From NCBI RefSeq assembly GCF_009914755.1, contig NC_060940.1: a DNA stretch of 64,000 bases. One strand, written 5' to 3'. The stretch is from the human T2T-CHM13v2.0 reference genome, Homo sapiens. The position numbers and the translations under genes are program-made. A model generated the notes under the pieces. It did not search any database. It saw only the letters and a list, made by a program, of their open reading frames with translations, and was not told the origin of the DNA. Positions 53,776-64,000 of this stretch are shown in pieces (position 1 is the first letter of the stretch; every line of letters begins with the position of its first letter).

Positions 53776-54522
53776 TGTGTCTTAGTCTGTTGGGGCTTTG
53801 TATTCGTTCGTTTTCACTTTGCTATAAAGAACTACCTGCAACTGGGTAACTTATAAGTAAAAGAGATTTAATTGACTCACAGTTCTGCATGGCTGGGGAG
53901 GTCTCAGGAAACTTCCAATCATGGCAGAAGGCAAAGGAGAAGCAAGGCATGTCTTACATGCTGGTAGGAGAGAGGGAGAGAGAGAAGGGGGATGCACTGT
54001 ACACTTATCCAACAACCAGTTCTCATGAGAACTCTATCAGGAGAACAGCAAGGGGGAAATCCTCCTCCATAACTCAATCACCTCCCATCAGGCCACTTCT
54101 CCAACAGGTGGGGATTAAAATTCAACATGATGTTTGGGTGAGGACACAGAGCCAAACCATACCAAGCTTCCATAACAAAATAGAATAGAATAGACAGAGT
54201 GGCTGGAAGGACAGGAATTTATTTCTTATAGTTCTGGAGGCTGGGAAGTCCAAGATCAAGGTTCTGACACATCCCATGCTTGGCAAGGGCCTGCTTCCTG
54301 GCTTGTAGATGGCAGCCTTCTTGCTGTGTACTTGTGAAGGGAGAGCTCTTGTGTCTTCTTTTCTTATAAGATAAACTTATGTCATCATGAGGGCACCACC
54401 CTCATGGACTTATCATTACCTAATAACCTCCCAAAGGCCCTGCCTCCAAACACCATTACCCTGGGGTTTCTGCACCAACATATGAATTTAGGAGTGAGGC
54501 ACGAATGTTCAATCTCCAGTAG
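53776..54522 (-). mobile_element. MLT1A-type MaLR LTR split by THE1
   Basis: 'TGTGTCTTAGTCTGTTGGGGCT' resumes after THE1 as 'CCATAACAAAATA..TTCTGGAGGCTGGGAAGTCCAAGATCAAGG'. Confidence 0.85.
53799..54164 (-). mobile_element. THE1 (THE1D-like) MaLR solo LTR
   Basis: 'GCTATAAAGAACTACCTG..CATGGCTGGGGAGGTCTCAGGAAAC..GACACAGAGCCAAACCATACCA'; 5-bp TSD GGCTT/AGCTT. Confidence 0.9.
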
Positions 54523-55424
54523 TCCCTCCTATCATGTGGCCTTTCAGAGCCGGCTTTATTTCTGAACACTCTAATCACCCTGCAGTGGAGGAACGGTAGA
54601 CAATAAGATCTCCAAAGATTCTGCCAACCAAATAAATGTACCTTAATTTCCATTACTTTAGGACCCTAGGAGCCACAGCAGGAGACAGGTCCCAGGAGCC
54701 AAAGTAACTATAAAATTGTCTGGAAGTTCAAAGAAACAAAGGATCAATGAGGGATGAAGTAAATTCACACTGAGGGATGGCTTGTCCCGAGCCTGGAGGA
54801 AGTGTTGGTTGGATGAGCGGAGAGAGACAAACTTGGTATTACAGATCACGCAGCTGCTGTGCTTCCTCAGCAATAAAACCACAAAAGAGACATGCTTAAT
54901 CTCCCTGAATCTCAGTTCCCTAAAGCACATGCCTGAAAATGCTCAGAGACCCATCAAGAAAAGCTACTGGGCTCCTATGTACCTGGACTGGGGCCACAAA
55001 AAACCCTCAGAAGGCAATCGAGAAATCAGGACTTTGATTTTTAATGACGGTGGGAAAACGCCAGGAGAAGGATGGGCAGAAAAAGAAAGATGAAAGATTT
55101 TAAGCATCTCTGATGAAAGAGCCTGAGTGAGGTGCATGTGAAAAGAGGTGGATGAGAGACACAGAAAGCAAAAGTAATGAGGCAGTGCCAGTGGAGGTGG
55201 GGAAGAGAGCAGGCATCAAAAGAGGAGGGTGTCCTGTGAAGTGCAAAGGTGGGGAAGTGCGTGCCAGAGACCAGCTATGCAGGGCTCCCACTGGCTGGCT
55301 GCTCCCTCCTTGGAGAGAGGAGAGATTGGCTCATCTCTATGACTTGTACGGCTCGGGCCTCTGAGTGGGCAGAAGGGATAGGTGCAGGATTTGGCTAATG
55401 ACTGTCTGGTCTTCACCATTTCTC

Positions 55425-55970
55425 TGTATATTCTGGAGAGCAAGGGTTAAGGAGAGCTGCTTTATTTTGCCTACCCAGGATCCATTTCTTCCTCCTCTGC
55501 TCACAGCAGATTTCCATCTGGGAGCCCCGCTTACCAATGCTTTGCTTCCTTCCACCATTACTCCAAAGCTGGGCACATTACCCAGGTTTTGCCCATGAGA
55601 TACAGGATCAACTAAGTGGTTGGCTTGGGAGTTGACATGGGACCCAAACTGGACCAATCATGCCAACATCATCAACTCCAAGACTTGGCTAGAATGATGG
55701 AAGATAGGTCCTCTTTTTCTCCTGTGGCTAAGCTAAGTAGGATGTCATTCTGAAGCTCCTACTGCGTGGGGAGAGTGTGAGAATGCAACAATAGGAGGAA
55801 CCTAGGCTGGGCTTAGCTTGGGGGGCAGGGGGCGGGGTTGAGGGCCTGGATTCAGCAGCGCTTGAGGCTGGACATATCCTTGGGCATCTCCGAATTATGG
55901 ATCCCCACATTCCTGTTGTTCCTCAAGAATGCCTGAGCTGGATTTCTGTCACTGAAAGCGTCTTAATACA
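55425..55970 (+). mobile_element. LTR16-like ERVL LTR relic
   Basis: 'GACATGGGACCCAAACTGGACCAATCA' and end 'GGATTTCTGTCACTGAAAGCGTCTTAATACA'. Confidence 0.55.
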
Positions 55971-56064
55971 GTTTCCACCTCTTCCGGTGGCAAGCTCACT
56001 CTCTGCCCAGGTTTCTTTGAGTATACTAGTTTGATTTCTTCCCGTGGCCACTGCCCAAATCCAG

Positions 56065-56272
56065 GGCCTTGATGTGTGGTTTGAATCCTAGCTCTTCTAT
56101 TTCCTAAATGTAAGGCTTTGAGTAAGTTACTCAAACTCTCTGTTTCCTCATCTGTAAAATGGGGACAGCACTATCTCATCAGGTTGTCTGGGAAACTAAA
56201 TGAGCCCATTGATGTCAATTGCTTAGAAATGTGTCTAGCACATAGTAAGCACTCAAATAAGCATTAGCTAGC
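56065..56272 (+). mobile_element. MIR SINE relic
   Basis: 'TTTCCTCATCTGTAAAATGGGGA', 'AGCACATAGTAAGCACTCAAATAA'. Confidence 0.85.
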
Positions 56273-56801
56273 TGGTGCCATGTCTTATCCTGCATGCCGA
56301 CCCAGGAGGAGATGCAAAACAGTTGCCACCGCCAAATGGTCTCCCCCGCTGAGCCTGCACTTAGAATGCTGGGTTGACACAAACTTGGCTTTCCTCCCAC
56401 ACCTCCTGTTACTTTTAAAGCATGCAAAGGGCAAAGTGAGTAAGCGTTGATATGTGGGCCAGGATCCCAGGGTGCAGCCAGCCATGGCCCCAGGGAGGTG
56501 GGGGGGGGATCTGCCCTGCCTTTCTGGCAGCAGGAAAGGCGTGGGCTCTGAAGGGGCACCACAGCCTGCAGGGCAGAGGCTGTCAGTCAACGGGAAGAGT
56601 TTTCCGAGGCTGGGCATTGAGCAGCTTCAAAGAGGACAGAACATAAGTACCTTTATTCTTTGAAACTTCTCTGAGATGCCTGGAGCCATATTCAAAAGTT
56701 ATTTGTGGGTCTATTGGCTGCATAGTAATTGACTTACGCACCCCTGAGAATTCAGTCTCACTATGGTTTTCCGCCTCTTTATCTTAATTTTTGAAATCTT
56801 A

Positions 56802-57161
<360 letters not shown>

Positions 57162-57333
57162 TTAAGAAACTCTGTTGTCTCAAACAGTCTACTTGCTGGG
57201 ACTATTCCTGCAGTAATGAGACCATTTCTCTTTGACATATGTCAGGGTAGCCCTCCAAATGCCCAGGATTCATTTCAATTCCCCTCATGTCAGAACACAT
57301 GAGTCCTTTCTTTATGGACCCTCCACTCGCCCT

Positions 57334-57409
57334 GTTACCATAGAAACCACTGCCTGTGTCAGCACCTTGGAGAGGGTAGGAAGGAGGCATGAGCCGCCGT
57401 CATAGCAAC
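57334..57409. promoter_or_regulatory. Candidate RFX X-box element
   Basis: GTTACCATAGAAAC (57334-57347) plus CATAGCAAC half-site (57401-57409). Confidence 0.4.
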
Positions 57410-57727
57410 ACGCATCTCCACAGCAGCAGCCCACGCTCCGTGCCATCTTGTCTCCGAAGAGGAGGAATGGTTGTTGGGGATACCCGAATACTTTCCCCAG
57501 TCTGAGAAGAGAGAGCTCAATAACTTGACCCTTGCCAGTAATTCTGGCAGCTCTGCCTGGGATGGAAGAATCAGAAAGTTCATTTTCAAAGTGTTAAGAT
57601 GACCATATAGGCCAGAATGCATCGGAAGCCATAAGACCAGCAAGGCCACCTGTCATTGTTGAAAGGGTTCAGGTGTTCATACTGATGTTTATGCTAACAT
57701 TGTTCTCACATGACTAATACAGCATTG

Positions 57728-58266
57728 CAGTTAAGAGCATAAGCCCAGGAACCTGACTCCCTGGATTGGAATTCTGGCTTTGCCACTAACTGGCTGTGTC
57801 ACTGTATGAGTCCATTCTCACATGGCTATAAAGACATACCTGAGACTGGGTGATTTACAAAGAAGTGAGGTTTCTTTCTAAGTTGGCATACAGTTCCATA
57901 GGTTGTGCAGGAAGCACGGCAGCATCTTCTTCTGGGGAGCCCTCAGGAAACTTACAATCATGGCGGCAGGCAACGGGGAGCCAGGTGTCTTATATGGTGG
58001 AGCAGGAGCAAGGGGCCGGGGGAGGGTGACACACACTTTTAAAACAACCAGATGTCGTGATAACTCACTCTTTCACTATCTTGAGAACAGCAGTGAGGGG
58101 ATGGTGCTAACCTATTCATGAGAACTCCACCCCCATAAGCCAATCACCTCCCATCAGGGCCAACCTCCAACACTAGGGATTACAATTTGACATGAGATTT
58201 GGGTGGGGACACAGATCCAAACCACATCAGTTACCTTGGATAAGTCAACTTTGTGTCTCGATTTTC
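57728..58266 (+). mobile_element. MIR split by MSTA LTR and by L1
   Basis: 'GTTAAGAGCA..TTTGCCACTAACTGGCTGTGTCAC' resumes as 'CTTGGATAAGTCAACTTTGTGTCTCGATTTTCT'. Confidence 0.75.
57803..58229 (-). mobile_element. MSTA-type MaLR solo LTR
   Basis: 'GCTATAAAGACATACCTGAGACTGGG..GGGGACACAGATCCAAACCACATCA'; 5-bp TSD GTCAC/GTTAC. Confidence 0.9.
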
Positions 58267-58492
58267 TTTTTTTTTTTTTTTTTTTTCATTATACTTTAAG
58301 TTTTAGGGTACATGTGCACATTGTGCAGGTTAGTTACGTATGTATACATGTGCCATGCTGGTGTGCTGCACCCACTAACTCGTCATCTAGCATTAGGTAT
58401 ATCTCCCAATGCTATCCCTCCCCCCTCCCCCCACCTCACCACAGTCCCCAGAGTGTGATATTCCCCTTCCTGTGTCCATGTGATCTCATTGT

Positions 58493-62343
<3,851 letters not shown>

Positions 62344-62379
62344 TTAGTTGATGCAGTTTCTTCCTAGTCTCGACGGTCT

Positions 62380-63393
62380 TTACATTTTGGCATGATTTTG
62401 CAGCAGCTGGTACCGGTTGTTCCTTTCCATGTTTAGCGCTTCCTTCAGGAGCTCTTTTAGGGCAGGCCTGGTGGTGACAAAATCTCTCAGCATTTGCTTG
62501 TCTGTAAAGGATTTTATTTCTCCTTCACTTATGAAGCTTAGTTTGGCTGGATATGAAATTCTGGGTTGAAAATTCTTTTCTTTAAGAATGTTGAATATTG
62601 GCCCCCACTCTCTTCTGGCTTGTAGGGTTTCTGCCGAGAGATTCGCTGTTAGTCTGATGGGCTTCCCTTTGAGGGTAACCCGACCTTTCTCTCTGGCTGC
62701 CCTTAACATTTTTTCCTTCATTTCAACTTTGGTGAATCTGACAATTATGTGTCTTGGAGTTGCTCTTCTCGGGGAGTATCTTTGTGGCGTTCTCTGTATT
62801 TCCTGAATCTGAACGTTGGCCTGCCTTGCTAGATTGGGGAAGTTCTCCTGGATAATATCCTGCAGAGTGTTTTCCAACTTGGTTCCATTCTCCCTGTCAC
62901 TTTCAGGTACACCAATCAGACGTAGATTTGGTCTTTTCACATAGTCCCATATTTCTTGGAGGCTTTGCTCATTTCTTTTTATTCTTTTTTCTCTAAACTT
63001 CCCTTCTCGCTTCATTTCATTCATTTCATCTTCCATTGCTGATACCCTTTCTTCCAGTTGATCGCATCGGCTCCTGAGGCTTCTGCATTCTTCACGTAGT
63101 TCTTGAGCCTTGGTTTTCAGCTCCATCAGCTCCTTTAACCACTTCTCTGTATTGGTTATTCTAGTTATACATTCTTCTAAATTTTTTTCAAAGTTTTCAA
63201 CTTCTTTGCCTTTGGTTTGAATGTCCTCCCGTAGCTCAGAGTAATTTGATCGTCTGAAGCCTTCTCTCAGCTCATCAAAGTCATTCTCCATCCAGCTTTG
63301 TTCTGTTGCTGGTGAGGAACTGCGTTCCTTTGGAGGAGGAGAGACGCTCTGCGTTTTAGAGTTTCCAGTTTTTCTGTTCTGTTTTTTCCCCAT
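62380..63393 (-). CDS. LINE-1 ORF1p (RNA-binding chaperone), open, 337 aa
   Basis: MGKKQNRKTGNSK..; REKG, ARR and YPAKLS motifs retained; one codon shorter than the 338-aa consensus (REGFRR for REEGFRR). Confidence 0.95.
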   Translation of the reverse strand: MGKKQNRKTGNSKTQSVSPPPKERSSSPATEQSWMENDFDELREGFRRSNYSELREDIQTKGKEVENFEKNLEECITRITNTEKWLKELMELKTKAQELREECRSLRSRCDQLEERVSAMEDEMNEMKREGKFREKRIKRNEQSLQEIWDYVKRPNLRLIGVPESDRENGTKLENTLQDIIQENFPNLARQANVQIQEIQRTPQRYSPRRATPRHIIVRFTKVEMKEKMLRAAREKGRVTLKGKPIRLTANLSAETLQARREWGPIFNILKEKNFQPRISYPAKLSFISEGEIKSFTDKQMLRDFVTTRPALKELLKEALNMERNNRYQLLQNHAKM

Positions 63394-63848
63394 CTTTGTG
63401 GTTTTATCTACTTTTGGTCTTTGATGATGGTGATGTACAGATGGGTTTTCGGTGTGGATGTCCTTTCTGTTTGTTAGTTTTCCTCCTAACAGACAGGACC
63501 CTCAGCTGCAGGTCTGTTGGAATACCCTGCCGTGTGGGGTGTCAGTGTGCCCCTGCTGGGGAGTGCCTCCCAATTAGGCTGCTCGGGGGTCAGGGGTCAG
63601 GGACCCACTTGAGGAGGCAGTGTGCCAGTTCTCAGATCTCCAGCTGCGTGCTGGGAGAACCACTGCTTTCTTCAAAGCTGTCAGGCAGGGACATTTAAGT
63701 CTGCAGAGGTTACTGCTGTCTTTTTGTTTGTCTGTGCCCTGCCCCCAGAGGTGGAGCCTACAGTGGCAGGCAGGCCTCCTGGAGCTGTGGTGGGCTCCAC
63801 CCAGTTCGAGCTTCCCGGCTGCTTTGTTTACCTAAGCAAGCCTGGGCA

Positions 63849-64000
63849 ATGGTGGGCGCCCCTCCCCCAGCCTCGCTGCTGCCTTGCAGTTTGATCTCAG
63901 ACTGCTGTGCTAGCAATCAGCGAGACTCCATGGGCGTAGGACCCTCCGAGCCAGGTGTGGGATATAGTCTCGTGGTGCGCCGTTTTTTAAGCCAGTCTGA
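63849..64000 (+). CDS. LINE-1 ORF0 (antisense 5' UTR ORF), partial at window edge
   Basis: My translation MVGAPPPASLLPCSLISDCCASNQRDSMGVGPSEPGVGYSLVVRRFLSQS matches recalled ORF0; donor CAG|GTGTGG at 63954/63955. Confidence 0.85.
   Translation, partial: MVGAPPPASLLPCSLISDCCASNQRDSMGVGPSEPGVGYSLVVRRFLSQS

Overview
Hominid (most likely human) non-coding genomic DNA, roughly half made of interspersed repeats. I recognise no host protein-coding gene, RNA gene or CRISPR array. The dominant feature is a young, near-full-length LINE-1 (L1PA2-type, minus strand, ~58267 to the window end; about 300 bp of its 5' end lies outside). Its ORF1 is open, its ORF2 is broken by two nonsense codons and one frameshift, and antisense ORF0 is open up to the window edge. 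The window also holds about 17 Alus, solo LTRs (MER39, LTR8, MER21, MER4-type, MER72-like, MSTA x2, THE1D nested in MLT1A, LTR16-like), DNA transposons (Tigger3, MER5, MER3), an older L1MA, and L2 and MIR relics. Almost all listed ORFs are repeat-derived or chance. The most interesting unexplained structures are: (i) three unusually clean inverted repeats (24341-24383, 39262-39332, 50132-50177/50515-50560); (ii) an 81-bp orphan insert with a 15-bp target-site duplication (TSD), and a tail-less, TSD-less Alu; (iii) paired RFX X-boxes and a perfect DUX4 site in THE1D; (iv) a series of exon-like unique segments that could be a spliced lncRNA or a decayed gene, which I could not assign. Repeat subfamily names come from recalled consensus sequences and need RepeatMasker/Dfam confirmation. 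I cannot support a new multi-gene system from this sequence alone.
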